38,838 bases of DNA from an uncultured Clostridia bacterium (GTDB lineage: Bacteria; Bacillota; Clostridia; Oscillospirales; Ruminococcaceae). The stretch is taken from assembly GCA_947644575.1 (NCBI GenBank), contig CANRZX010000001.1, positions 1-38,838 of the forward strand. The letters are read 5' to 3'. The position numbers were made by a program, and so were the translations under genes. The first letter of the stretch is position 1; every line of letters begins with the position of its first letter. The notes below the pieces were generated by a model, which was not told where the DNA came from, ran no database searches, and worked only from the letters and a program-made list of their open reading frames with translations. Of this stretch, positions 17,804 through 27,322 are shown in pieces.

Positions 17804-19165
17804 TCAATCGGCAAAAATGTCGTTCAGGTCGCTGATGGGCCTGCCGCTCGTCGTCACCACGACGATGTTGTCCCCGGCGGCGAAGCTGTCGGCGCCGCTC
17901 GGGATAGTGGTGCGTCCGCTGTGCGTAATGCCGGCGATCAGGATCTCAGGCTTTAGATGAATATCCAGCAGCGTTTCGCCCAAATGGCGCGTTGCCTCGG
18001 ATGCGCGGAACTCCAGTGCCTCGGCCTTTCCCTCCACCATGCGGTGCAGCGTGATGACGCTGCCACCCGTGGTGTTCTGCATGGCGCGCACATAGCGCAC
18101 GATGTCCGTGCAGCAAAGCGCCTTCGGGCTGATAAAGGTGTCGATGCCCATGCTCTTGAACGTTTTGACATACTCGGTGCGGTTCACCTTCGTGATGACC
18201 TTCGGCACGCCGAGATGGCTGGCGTACATGGCGATAACGATATTCTCCTCGTCGATGTTCGTCAGCGTGATAATGGCGTCGGTCGACGCCATGCCCTCCG
18301 CCGAAAGGATGTCCTGCCGCGAGCCGTCCGCCTCAATGATGACGGCCTCGGGTAAAAGGCCGGCCAGCTCGTCGCAGCGCGCGCGGTTCTGCTCGATGAT
18401 TTTCACACCAATGCCCGCGTGCAGGCAACGCAGCGCCAAATAATAAGCCACGCGGCTGCCGCCCACGATGATGATGTCGCGCACCTTCTGCTTAACGATG
18501 CCGAGGTTTTTGATGAGCTTGGTGAGGTCGCGCGTTTCGGCGGTGACATAGATATTGTCGCCCGCCCGCAGCGTGAAGCTGCCGTCCGGGATGTGCACGA
18601 CGCCGCCCCGTTCGACCACGCAGACCAGCACGCGCACGCGCGCGATCTCATACAGGCGGTTCAGCGGGATGTCGGCTAATTTGGAGGCACCGTCCACGTG
18701 GATCTCGACGATCTCCACACGCCCCCGGGCGAAGGAATCGCGCTTGAGGAACGACGGGAACTGCAAAAGATGGTAGATTTCGCGCGCGGCGGCAAATTCC
18801 GGGTTGACCGTCATGGAGAGGCCGAGTTCCTCGCGCATCAGCACAAGCTGCTCGGTATACTCCGGATTGCGCACGCGGGCGATGGTGTGCTTCGCGCCTA
18901 ACTTGCGCGCTACGATGCAAGTGAGCAGGTTGATTTCGTCCCGGCTGGTGGCCGCGATCAGCAGATCCGTCGCCTCCACACCGGCGTCCTTCAGCACACT
19001 GATAGACGCGCCGTTGCCGTGTACGACCATCACGTCGTAGGACTGCAAGCTTTCCTCCAGCACCTTCGGGTTCGAGTCGATCACGGTGACGTCGTGCCCC
19101 TCCTGTGAAAGCTGCTCGGTCAGGGCGACGCCGACCTTGCCGTCGCCCACAATGATAATGTGCAT
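17804..19165 (-). CDS. trkA: Trk potassium uptake NAD-binding subunit
   Basis: Two RCK modules: IIIVGDGKVG ... IARVRNPEY and IIIVGGSRVA. Confidence 0.92.
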   Translation of the reverse strand: MHIIIVGDGKVGVALTEQLSQEGHDVTVIDSNPKVLEESLQSYDVMVVHGNGASISVLKDAGVEATDLLIAATSRDEINLLTCIVARKLGAKHTIARVRNPEYTEQLVLMREELGLSMTVNPEFAAAREIYHLLQFPSFLKRDSFARGRVEIVEIHVDGASKLADIPLNRLYEIARVRVLVCVVERGGVVHIPDGSFTLRAGDNIYVTAETRDLTKLIKNLGIVKQKVRDIIIVGGSRVAYYLALRCLHAGIGVKIIEQNRARCDELAGLLPEAVIIEADGSRQDILSAEGMASTDAIITLTNIDEENIVIAMYASHLGVPKVITKVNRTEYVKTFKSMGIDTFISPKALCCTDIVRYVRAMQNTTGGSVITLHRMVEGKAEALEFRASEATRHLGETLLDIHLKPEILIAGITHSGRTTIPSGADSFAAGDNIVVVTTSGRPISDLNDIFAD

Positions 19166-19328
19166 AGTTCTTTTTCCCTCTCGCTTCCTCACGGTCCGGC
19201 GGCGCCCCGCGGCCGGACCCGTTCCAAAACGCCTTCCCCGGTTTTCCTTTCTCGTACGCGCAGGCGGATTTTATTTTTTCGACAGGCCGACGCGGCGGAC
19301 AGATGTCCGCCGCGCGATGCCGCCCTGT

Positions 19329-20399
19329 TTACTTTACCTCTACGGTCCAGCCCATTTCGTCGGGCAGGAGGCCCCACTGGATGCCGGTGAGCGTCTCGTA
19401 CAGGCGCTGTGTCAGCGGGCCTGTCTGGAAATTGTTGACCGTCAGCACCTCATCCTCATACCGCAGCTCGCCCACCGGGCTGATGACGGCGGCCGTGCCG
19501 GTGCCGAACACCTCTTCTAACGTGCCGTCCCTGCCCGCCGCGAGCACATCGGCCAGCGCGAGGCGATGCTCGCAGTCGACCGTGTAGCCCCACTTTTCCA
19601 GCAGCTCGATGCAGCTCATGCGCGTGACGCCGGGCAGCACCGTCCCCGTGCAGGGCGCGGTGCGGACCACACCGCCGATCTTGAAAAAGCAGTTCATGCT
19701 GCCGACCTCTTCGACATATTTGCGCTCGACGCCGTCTAACCACAGCACCTGGCTGTAGCCCAGCTCATGCGCCTTCATCTGCCCGATCAGGCTGGCCGCG
19801 TAGTTGCCGCCGCACTTGATGTAGCCCGTGCCGCCGGGCGTGGCGCGGACGTATTCGTTTTCCACATAAATTTTAACAGGGTTCATCCCCTCGGCGTAAT
19901 ACGCACCCGAAGGCGAGGCGATGATGATAAACTGGTACGTCGCGCTGGGCTTCACGCCGAGCACCGCCTCGGTGGCGATGGTGAACGGGCGCAGGTACAG
20001 GCTGGTGTCCGGCTCGCGCGGCACCCAATCCCTGTCGGCGCTCACAAGCGCTTTGACAGCCTCAACAAAATCCTCGACCGGGATCTCCGGGATGCACAGG
20101 CGGCGGTGCGTGCTCTGCATGCGGGCGGCGTTCTTCTCCGGACGGAACAGCAGCACGCGGCCGTCCCCGGCGCGGTACGCCTTCATGCCCTCGAAGCACT
20201 CCTGCGCGTAGTGGAACACCAGCGCGGCGGGGTCGAGCGTCAGCGGATGGTACGGCTCGACGCGCGGCGAGTGCCAGCCGCGGCCCTCGGTGTAGTCCAT
20301 AACAAACATATGGTCGGTGTAAAAACTGCCGAAGCCCAAATTCTTTTCATCGGGCTTTGCCTTCGGCTCATTCGTCCGGATCATTTTAATCTCTTCCAT
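19329..20399 (-). CDS. ilvE: Branched-chain amino acid aminotransferase
   Basis: HYAQECFEGMKAY, LYLRP, KCGGNYA, EEVGSMN, LPGVTR and GTGTAAVISP motifs; start taken as MEEIKM after a GGGGAAG RBS. Confidence 0.93.
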   Translation of the reverse strand: MEEIKMIRTNEPKAKPDEKNLGFGSFYTDHMFVMDYTEGRGWHSPRVEPYHPLTLDPAALVFHYAQECFEGMKAYRAGDGRVLLFRPEKNAARMQSTHRRLCIPEIPVEDFVEAVKALVSADRDWVPREPDTSLYLRPFTIATEAVLGVKPSATYQFIIIASPSGAYYAEGMNPVKIYVENEYVRATPGGTGYIKCGGNYAASLIGQMKAHELGYSQVLWLDGVERKYVEEVGSMNCFFKIGGVVRTAPCTGTVLPGVTRMSCIELLEKWGYTVDCEHRLALADVLAAGRDGTLEEVFGTGTAAVISPVGELRYEDEVLTVNNFQTGPLTQRLYETLTGIQWGLLPDEMGWTVEVK

Positions 20400-20514
20400 T
20401 TTTCTTCCCCTTTTCCCCGGCGCGCCTTGGAAACGGCCCAACACCGCGCGGCCCGGCGCTTTGAGCCGCGCCGCGCTGCCCCTCCGGGAAAGCGCAGCCA
20501 TTACAATATCTACT

Positions 20515-20543
20515 ATATTAGCGCCTTTATCCGCGTTTTACAA
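20515..20543 (-). promoter_or_regulatory. Putative sigma-A promoter for ilvE
   Basis: TTGTAA-N17-TAATAT on the - strand. Confidence 0.45.
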
Positions 20544-20611
20544 GGGGGATGCGCACATTTTCGCAGGTTTCGCGCGTCTTGCTTTTTTTGGGAATCCGGT
20601 ATAATATGATT

Positions 20612-20710
20612 GCATTATAGTCAACACGCTTGAAAACAAATATCTTGTCTTCAGGCGGCGTGCGCCGGCTACAGAATCGGCGGGAAATCGCCGCGGGCGA
20701 TTTCGCCGGT
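20612..20710 (+). repeat. Structured intergenic repeat family A, copy 1
   Basis: GCATTATAGTCAACACGCTTGAAAACAAATATCTTGTCTTCAGG...GAATCGGCGGGAAATCGCCGCGGGCGATTTC is similar to the reverse complement of 26150-26284. Confidence 0.7.
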
Positions 20711-20804
20711 TGCCCGCGAAGCGGGCGAGGCGAACGCCATAAAAATCAAGTATAATAGCCGCTCTGCGGCTATTATACCATGAGGAAAAGGATGGGGATC
20801 TCTT

Positions 20805-21473
20805 ATGCAGCAGCTTCGCGCCGTTTTGTTCGATATGGACGGCCTAATGTTCGACACCGAGCGCCTGTCGGACGAGGTCTGGTGCGCCGTATCGCGCGCG
20901 CACGGCTTTGAGATGACGTCGCGGGACGTCTCGCTTTTGCGCGGGCGCAATTACGAGGGCGGGCGCGCCGCGATGCTCGGCCGCTTCGGCGCGGATTTCC
21001 CCTATGACGCGCTGGCCGCCGAGGCCGGTGAGCAAATCGGGGCGCGGCTCGAGCGGCGCGTCCCGCTGCGGCCCGGCCTGTTCGAGCTGTTGGACGTGCT
21101 GCGCGGCATGGGGTGCGGGATGGCGGTGGCGTCCTCCACACGGAGCGGCCGCGTGCTGCACCATTTGGAGCTGGCCGGGGTGCGGGGCTATTTTTCCGCC
21201 GTGATCGGCGGCGAGGCCGTGACGCGCTCGAAGCCCGACCCGGAGATCTTCCTGCGCGCCGCCGCGGCGCTGGGCGCGCCGCCCGCCGCCTGCATGGTGC
21301 TGGAGGATTCCTACAACGGCGTGCGCGCGGGCGCGGCGGCGGGCTGCTTTACGGTGATGGTGCCGGATATCGACCCGCCCACGCCCGAGATGGAGTCGCT
21401 CGCCGACGCCATCGTGCCCAGCCTTTTGGACGTGATCCCTCTCGCGCGCACCCGCGCGGGGCTGCCGGAGTGA
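20805..21473 (+). CDS. HAD family phosphatase (CbbY/beta-PGM-like)
   Basis: FDMDGLMFDTE, VASS, KPDPEIF and LEDSYNGV motifs. Confidence 0.9.
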   Translation: MQQLRAVLFDMDGLMFDTERLSDEVWCAVSRAHGFEMTSRDVSLLRGRNYEGGRAAMLGRFGADFPYDALAAEAGEQIGARLERRVPLRPGLFELLDVLRGMGCGMAVASSTRSGRVLHHLELAGVRGYFSAVIGGEAVTRSKPDPEIFLRAAAALGAPPAACMVLEDSYNGVRAGAAAGCFTVMVPDIDPPTPEMESLADAIVPSLLDVIPLARTRAGLPE

Positions 21474-21629
21474 GCGGCGCGGGCGCTGTGCGAAAGCGCT
21501 CGGAAAAGCGCCCCTCCCCCCCGGCGCGCCGCCCTCCGCGTTTGGGGCGCGCGGCCGCTTCTTTCCCGCGGGGGGAAGCGCCCGGCGCTCATTTCGGAAT
21601 TCTGAAAAAAATAAGGCGGGTAAATCGTT

Positions 21630-22385
21630 ATGAAATTGGTATCGTGGAACGTCAACGGCTTTCGCGCCGTGCTCAAAAAGGGCTTTGCAGAGAGCTTCGC
21701 GGGCTTTGACGCGGACATCGTCTGCCTTCAGGAGACAAAAATGCAGCCCGGGCAAGCGGAATTTTCGCCGCCGGGCTACCACCAATACTGGTACAGCGCC
21801 GAGAAAAAGGGCTATTCCGGCACGGCGGTCTTTACGCGGGCCGAGCCGCTGCGCGTCCAACACGGCCTCGGCATAGACGAGCACGACCACGAGGGCCGCG
21901 CCATCACGCTGGAATTCGACGCGTTCTATTTGGTAAACCTCTACGTACCGAACAGCCAGAACGGCCTTGCGCGCCTTGACTACCGCCTGCGGTGGGAGGA
22001 CGACCTGCGCGCCTACGTGTGCGCGCTCGACAGGGAAAAGCCCGTCGTTCTGTGCGGCGATCTGAACGTGGCGCACGAGGAGATCGATCTGAAAAACCCG
22101 AAGCAGAACCTCGGCTCGGCGGGCTTTTCCGACGCCGAGCGCGCGAAGCTGACGGCGCTGCTGGCAAGCGGCTTTGTGGATACGTTCCGCGCGCTGTACC
22201 CGGACGCGGCGGGCCGCTATACATGGTGGAGCTACCTGTACAACGCGCGCGCGTCGAACGCGGGCTGGCGCATCGACTATTTCCTTGTCAGCGAGCGGCT
22301 GCGGCAAAGCGTAGCCGACGCGCTGATCCTCAGCGACGTCTACGGCTCCGACCACTGCCCCGTCGGGCTGGTCTTGGCTCGATAA
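21630..22385 (+). CDS. xth: Exodeoxyribonuclease III / AP endonuclease
   Basis: SWNVNG, LQETK, GYSG, YVPN, GDLNVAH, GWRIDY and SDHCP motifs. Confidence 0.94.
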   Translation: MKLVSWNVNGFRAVLKKGFAESFAGFDADIVCLQETKMQPGQAEFSPPGYHQYWYSAEKKGYSGTAVFTRAEPLRVQHGLGIDEHDHEGRAITLEFDAFYLVNLYVPNSQNGLARLDYRLRWEDDLRAYVCALDREKPVVLCGDLNVAHEEIDLKNPKQNLGSAGFSDAERAKLTALLASGFVDTFRALYPDAAGRYTWWSYLYNARASNAGWRIDYFLVSERLRQSVADALILSDVYGSDHCPVGLVLAR

Positions 22386-22435
22386 AAGGCGCATACCCTT
22401 CTGGAAAAGGGGTGCAAACGATCGGAGGAAGCATT

Positions 22436-23296
22436 ATGCTGAATTATCTGCTTGCCGTGCTGCTGGGCGTCCTCGAGGGCGTCACCGAATGGCTGCCCAT
22501 CTCCAGCACCGGGCACCTGATCCTCGCGGGGGAATTCCTGAGGATGGAGGCGTCGGACGCCTTTTTGGAAATGTTCGACGTCGTCATCCAGTTCGGCGCG
22601 ATCCTCGCGGTGGTCGTCATATTCTGGAACAGGCTGTGGCCGTTTTGCGTCAATCCAAAGGGCAAGGGCTTCGTCGGCCGGTACTGCCGCCGCGACGTGT
22701 GGGAAATGTGGTTCCACGTGCTGGCGGCCATCCTGCCCAGCGCGCTGATCGGCCTGCCGCTCGACGACTGGATGACGGAGCACCTGCACAACCCGCTGGT
22801 CGTCTCCGCGATGCTGATCCTCTACGGCGTTTTCTTTTTGCTGATGGAGCGCACCGTGGGCCGGCAGCGTCCCGCCGTGCGGCGCATCGGGCAAATCAAT
22901 TACCGCATGGCGCTGTTCATCGGCGTGTTCCAGCTGCTGGCGCTGGTGCCCGGCACGAGCCGTTCGGGCGCGACGATCCTCGGCGCGATGCTGCTGGGCT
23001 GTTCGCGAACAGTCTCGGCGGAATTTACGTTTTATTTGGCCGTGCCCACAATGGCCGGGGCCAGCCTTGTCAAGCTGCTGAAGTTCTTTTTGGAGGGCGG
23101 CGGCTTCCATGGCTCGGAGCTGGGCGTGCTGCTCACGGGCTGCGCGGTGGCGTTCGCCGTCTCGCTCGCGTGCATCCGCTTTTTGATGGACTATGTGAAA
23201 AAGCACGATTTCAAGGTGTTCGGCTGGTACCGCATCGCGCTGGGCGTCGTCGTGCTGGCGTATTTCTATCTGCTCAAACCCGCGCTCGCGGCGTGA
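22436..23296 (+). CDS. uppP: Undecaprenyl-diphosphate phosphatase
   Basis: EGVTEWLPISSTGH, IQFGAILAV, PGTSRSG and FGWYRI motifs; GGAGG RBS before ATG22436. Confidence 0.93.
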   Translation: MLNYLLAVLLGVLEGVTEWLPISSTGHLILAGEFLRMEASDAFLEMFDVVIQFGAILAVVVIFWNRLWPFCVNPKGKGFVGRYCRRDVWEMWFHVLAAILPSALIGLPLDDWMTEHLHNPLVVSAMLILYGVFFLLMERTVGRQRPAVRRIGQINYRMALFIGVFQLLALVPGTSRSGATILGAMLLGCSRTVSAEFTFYLAVPTMAGASLVKLLKFFLEGGGFHGSELGVLLTGCAVAFAVSLACIRFLMDYVKKHDFKVFGWYRIALGVVVLAYFYLLKPALAA

Positions 23297-23374
23297 TTTT
23301 TTGAGCGCCTTCCTTCGTGTTCCGGCAAAAGAAAAATGCCGCCGATTTCACAAATCCGCCACATTCCTACGATA

Positions 23375-23383
23375 TGATATAAT
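23375..23383 (+). promoter_or_regulatory. Extended -10 promoter upstream of the two-component system
   Basis: TGATATAAT; no clear -35 element. Confidence 0.45.
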
Positions 23384-23421
23384 TGGAAGCCTTGAAAGCA
23401 AGCGCTTTTAGCGGCGGTGAG

Positions 23422-23582
23422 ATAAGAAAACAAGGCATTCGAATTAAGTTTCATTCTTCGGAAATCCGCTGAGCGGCCCCAGCCGCAAGGAAGAGAAGCG
23501 CGGGAATACTTTGTGTATTCCAAGCTTTTCTGACACAGCGGATGGGGCCGCCCAGTTAGAATTTCCGGCTTTGTTTTCTTAT
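23422..23582. mobile_element. MITE-like self-complementary element, family B
   Basis: Terminal inverted repeat ATAAGAAAACAAGGC / GCTTTGTTTTCTTAT (14/15 match) with TA at both ends; nested internal stems. Confidence 0.6.
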
Positions 23583-23706
23583 GGAACCGCCGCATTCGGG
23601 GCGCGGCATTTTATGCCGCGCCGGACGGCGGCGGGCTCGCTTTCAGGCGTGCCGGCCGCGATCAGGCGGAAATTGGGATGGAGCCGCGGAAGGGAAGGTG
23701 TCCTGT

Positions 23707-24402
23707 ATGGCGAAAATATTGATCGTGGATGACGAGCCCCGCATCCGGGAGCTGATCCGCACCCATTTGGAGCACGCGGGCTTCTCGTGCGAGGAGGCGG
23801 GCGACGGATCGGCCGCGCTGGCGTCGATGGAGGCCTGCGCGCCCGATTTGGTGCTACTCGATTTGATGATGCCGTTCATGGACGGCATGACATGCCTGCG
23901 GGAAATGCGGCGGCGCAGGCTGGAAACACCCGTCATTATCCTGACGGCGCGGGGCGAGGAATATGACCGTGTGGCCGGGCTGGAGAGCGGCGCGGACGAT
24001 TATGTCGTCAAACCGTTCAGCCCGCGCGAGCTGACCGCGCGCGTCAAGGCGGTGCTGGCGCGCACCCTGCCCAAGGAGCGCGGCACGGGCGGTCGCTATG
24101 TGTTCGGCGAACTGGTGATCGACGCGGCCTCGCACAGCGTCACCGTCGCGGGGCTCGAGGCCCCGCTGACGCCCAAGGAATTTGACCTGCTGCTGTTCTT
24201 GGCCGCGAACCGGGGCGTGGCGCTCTCGCGCGAGCGCATTCTACAAAAGGTGTGGAATTACGATTATTACGGCGAGGACCGCACCGTGGATACGCATATT
24301 AAAATGCTGCGCGGCCATTTGGGCGCCTGCCGGGATTATATCGTCACCGTATGGGGCGTGGGGTATAAATTCGACCCGGATACGCAGACGGGCACGCGAT
24401 GA
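23707..24402 (+). CDS. OmpR-family response regulator
   Basis: ILIVDDE, LLDLMMP, GADDYVVKPF, LTPKEFDLL, RTVDTHIK and TVWGVGY motifs. Confidence 0.94.
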   Translation: MAKILIVDDEPRIRELIRTHLEHAGFSCEEAGDGSAALASMEACAPDLVLLDLMMPFMDGMTCLREMRRRRLETPVIILTARGEEYDRVAGLESGADDYVVKPFSPRELTARVKAVLARTLPKERGTGGRYVFGELVIDAASHSVTVAGLEAPLTPKEFDLLLFLAANRGVALSRERILQKVWNYDYYGEDRTVDTHIKMLRGHLGACRDYIVTVWGVGYKFDPDTQTGTR

Positions 24403-26000
24403 GGCGCGCGGACAACAAGCCGTCTGAAAAACAAGGCGGACGCACAATGGGCCAAGGCTCCGGGCGGACGCGACTTTTCGGACAGTTTGACAGCCACCGG
24501 CGGGGCATCGCGCGGAAGCTGACGGCGTTCGTTTTGCTGCTGTGTACGGTGCTGCTGGCGCTGGTGACGCTGCTGAGCGTCCAGCTGCTGGAGCCGCTGT
24601 ACAACCGCCGCGTGCTGGCGGAGCTGAACCACGCGGCGGACCGGTACGCCGCCATTCTGCAAAAATACGATACGATCGTCACCTATGACGAAAACGGCGG
24701 CAGCGTCATCAACAGCGGCCTAATGGACGAGATGCTCGCGAGCCGCGATCTTTTGACGGGCAAATGCCTCGACATCGCGGATACCTCGTGCCGCCTGGTG
24801 ATCGGCAGCCACCAGCTGCAGAATGGACAGTGCCTGCTGCACCCGCTGCGCGTAAGCGCCGCCATTTTCGGCGAGCCGGAGCCCAAGTGGGACAGCATGG
24901 CCGCCGTCAATCTGCGCGCGACGGTTTTCGTCGAGGGCGATATGGATTTCATCCTGCCGGACGACGACGTCCTGCCCGGCGTCGAAGCCGGCGGTTCGGC
25001 CCGCCAGATGGTCGTGTGCCGCAATGTGGAGGGGCGCTATTCACTGATCCTCTCGACGGATTTGGAGCGCGTGGGACAGGCGTCGGAGGTAATCCGCACA
25101 CAGATGCCGCTCATCGCCGTTCTGCTGCTGGCAATCAGCGTGGTGGCGGCCATATGGCTCAGCCGCTGGTTCACGCGGCCGATCCTCGCAGTTTCAAGCG
25201 CCGCGCGGGAGATGGCGAAGGGCAATTATGCCGTACGCGTCACGCCGTGCACAAATGACGAGCTGGGCGCCCTCGCCGAGGATTTCAACGCGATGGCGCG
25301 CGAGGTGGAGCGCGCCGCCGAGGCGCAGCGCGACCTGATCGCCAATGTCAGCCACGACCTGCGCACGCCGCTGACGCTCATCAAAGGCTACGCGGAAACC
25401 GTGCGCGACCTGACGGGCGACGACTCGGAAAAGCGCGGCGCGCAGCTCTCAGTGATCGTGGACGAGGTTGACCGGCTCTCCGCGCTGGTCAACAGCGTGA
25501 TGGAGCTGTCGCGCTATTCCTCGGGCGCGGAAAAGCCGAGGCTTGTCCGCTTTGACCTCGCCCAGCTGTGCGAGGAGGCCGCGAGCCGCTATGAAAACGT
25601 CTGCGAGCAGAACGGCTATACGCTCGAGGTGGATGCGGACGAGCCGTGCCCCGTGACGGCGGACCCTGACGGCATGAGCCGCGTGGTGCATAACCTTTTG
25701 GCGAACGCGCTGCACCACGTCGGGCCGGACGGCTGGCTGGCGGTGCGCGCAAAGCCCGAGGCGGACGGCGCGGTGCGCGTCGAGGTCGAGGACCACGGCG
25801 CGGGCATCCCGAAGGAGGATCTGTCGCGCTTGTTCGATAAGTATTACCGCTCCCGCGCGGATGCAGGCAAAACGGGCACGGGGCTGGGCCTCTCGATCAC
25901 CAAGGCCATCCTGATCCAGCACGGCTTCGCCTTCGGCGTGAACAGCGAGCCGGGCAAGGGCAGCACCTTCTGGTTTGTCACGCGGGAGCCGGACGAATAG
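24399..26000 (+). CDS. HAMP-domain sensor histidine kinase
   Basis: Two TM segments, HAMP (DELG.L...FN.M), H-box SHDLRTPL, NLLANA, DHGAGI and GTGLGL; the start could be 24447. Confidence 0.92.
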   Translation: MRRADNKPSEKQGGRTMGQGSGRTRLFGQFDSHRRGIARKLTAFVLLLCTVLLALVTLLSVQLLEPLYNRRVLAELNHAADRYAAILQKYDTIVTYDENGGSVINSGLMDEMLASRDLLTGKCLDIADTSCRLVIGSHQLQNGQCLLHPLRVSAAIFGEPEPKWDSMAAVNLRATVFVEGDMDFILPDDDVLPGVEAGGSARQMVVCRNVEGRYSLILSTDLERVGQASEVIRTQMPLIAVLLLAISVVAAIWLSRWFTRPILAVSSAAREMAKGNYAVRVTPCTNDELGALAEDFNAMAREVERAAEAQRDLIANVSHDLRTPLTLIKGYAETVRDLTGDDSEKRGAQLSVIVDEVDRLSALVNSVMELSRYSSGAEKPRLVRFDLAQLCEEAASRYENVCEQNGYTLEVDADEPCPVTADPDGMSRVVHNLLANALHHVGPDGWLAVRAKPEADGAVRVEVEDHGAGIPKEDLSRLFDKYYRSRADAGKTGTGLGLSITKAILIQHGFAFGVNSEPGKGSTFWFVTREPDE

Positions 26001-26149
26001 GCGGTTCAGAGCCTTTGAGGGACACCAAACGCACGTCAGAACGGACTTCACTTTGTTCAAAACGGGCAATGCCTATAATCGATACACTTGAAAAGAAGTA
26101 CTTTTCGAGGCGCGGCATGATATAGTAGAGGAGAGTCGAACCCACGTCG

Positions 26150-26284
26150 GTTTTGCCGCGCGGAAATCGCCCTCGGCGATTTCCTGTCGATTCAATAGTC
26201 AGCACGCACGCTCCGCGTGCGGCGCGCAAAGCGCGCTACTTGAAAACAAAATACTTGTTTTCAAGTATGCTGACTGTATAATGC
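26150..26284 (-). repeat. Structured intergenic repeat family A, copy 2
   Basis: Hairpins TACTTGAAAACAA/TTGTTTTCAAGTA and GGAAATCGCC/GGCGATTTCC, and a closing stem AGTCAGCA/TGCTGACT; similar to 20612-20710. Confidence 0.7.
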
Positions 26285-26320
26285 CAGTAGGCCGCAGCCG
26301 TGAACGGCTGCGGCCTACTG
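26285..26320. terminator. Perfect 16-bp hairpin between convergent genes (possible bidirectional terminator)
   Basis: CAGTAGGCCGCAGCCG-TGAA-CGGCTGCGGCCTACTG; no U-tract on either strand. Confidence 0.45.
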
Positions 26321-26386
26321 CTCATGTCCGTGCAGGCAAACAGATTTTTATTTCTTCTTCCACCGTCTTCAGGCTCTCGGACGGGC

Positions 26387-27103
26387 TCAGTCCGCGCCGC
26401 GCTCCGGCCCGGCGCGGCGCAGCCGTTCGCGCAGGGACGCGATAGCGGCGATGATGCGATCCTGAAACAGCACGCACAGAGCCGCGATCAGCCCGGTGCC
26501 CACCGCGACCGCCAAGCTGACCTTCCAGCTGCCCGCCGCGAACTGGCTGCCAACAAAGGTGCTCGACAAAATGGATGGGATACGGCCCATCGTGGCTAAC
26601 AGCAGGAAGGTGAACGGCTTCATGGGCAGGAACGGCCCCAAATAGATCAACGCGTCCTTCGGCGTGCCGGGGATGAAAAACAGCAGGAACAGGAACAGCT
26701 TCACATGCGCCTCGTCCCGTAGAAAGCGGTATTTGGACAGAATCGCCGGGTCGATCGAGCGCGCGCCCGCCGCGCGGACGCAGTAATAAATCGCCATGCT
26801 GGAGACGGCGATGCCCAGCAGGCACAGCGCCAGCCCGCCCCAGGTGCCGTATAAAAGGCCCGCCATCAGCTCTACCGGCTCCCCGGGCAGCACCGCGACG
26901 ACCACCTGCAGGATCTGCAGGCCCAAAAACGCGAGCACTCCGATAAAGCCGCCGTCATGGACATAGGCGATGAACGCGTCGCGGGCGTCCTTGCGCGTCA
27001 GCACCGCCCAAATTTCGTTTCGATAAGTAAGGCCGAAGCCGGCCAGAGCGAGCAGCAGCGTCGCGCTGAGCACGGCGCCCGCGTATTTCTTCAGTGTTTT
27101 CAT
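26387..27103 (-). CDS. DedA superfamily TVP38/TMEM64 (VTT domain) membrane protein
   Basis: LQILQVVVAVLPGEP, AG..YG...G, LFFIPGTPKD and GRIP motifs; hydrophobic; GAGG RBS. Confidence 0.87.
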   Translation of the reverse strand: MKTLKKYAGAVLSATLLLALAGFGLTYRNEIWAVLTRKDARDAFIAYVHDGGFIGVLAFLGLQILQVVVAVLPGEPVELMAGLLYGTWGGLALCLLGIAVSSMAIYYCVRAAGARSIDPAILSKYRFLRDEAHVKLFLFLLFFIPGTPKDALIYLGPFLPMKPFTFLLLATMGRIPSILSSTFVGSQFAAGSWKVSLAVAVGTGLIAALCVLFQDRIIAAIASLRERLRRAGPERGAD

Positions 27104-27165
27104 GGCGTATCGCACCTCGTTTTCCCGCGCGGCGGATCATCCCGCCGCGCGCTCCGCCCCATCCG

Positions 27166-27322
27166 GTAAGTGCTGAATAAATCGGAGTGTGCCATCGGCC
27201 GCGGTTGGAACGCGCGGCCGATGCTTCCCCGCGAGAATATGCGGGGTCGCGAAGCGGCGGGCAAATTTTTCCTACGGCCTAAGAGCCGCCGCTGCGTGCG
27301 CTACGATTTGTTCAGTGCTTAC
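27166..27322. mobile_element. MITE-like element family C, copy 1
   Basis: Terminal inverted repeat GTAAGTGCTGAATAAATCG / CGATTTGTTCAGTGCTTAC and internal hairpin CATCGGCCGCG-GTTGGAA-CGCGCGGCCGATG; second copy at 36187. Confidence 0.68.

Noticed and set aside
19166-19328. c-di-AMP (ydaO) riboswitch upstream of trkA
   Set aside because: Only simple GC hairpins are present (e.g. CGCGGCGGAC-AGAT-GTCCGCCGCG); the conserved ydaO motifs were not seen.
23389-23648. 6S RNA or riboswitch call
   Set aside because: There is no two-sided central bubble and no recognisable aptamer consensus. Terminal inverted repeats fit a MITE better, so this is kept only as an alternative in the findings.
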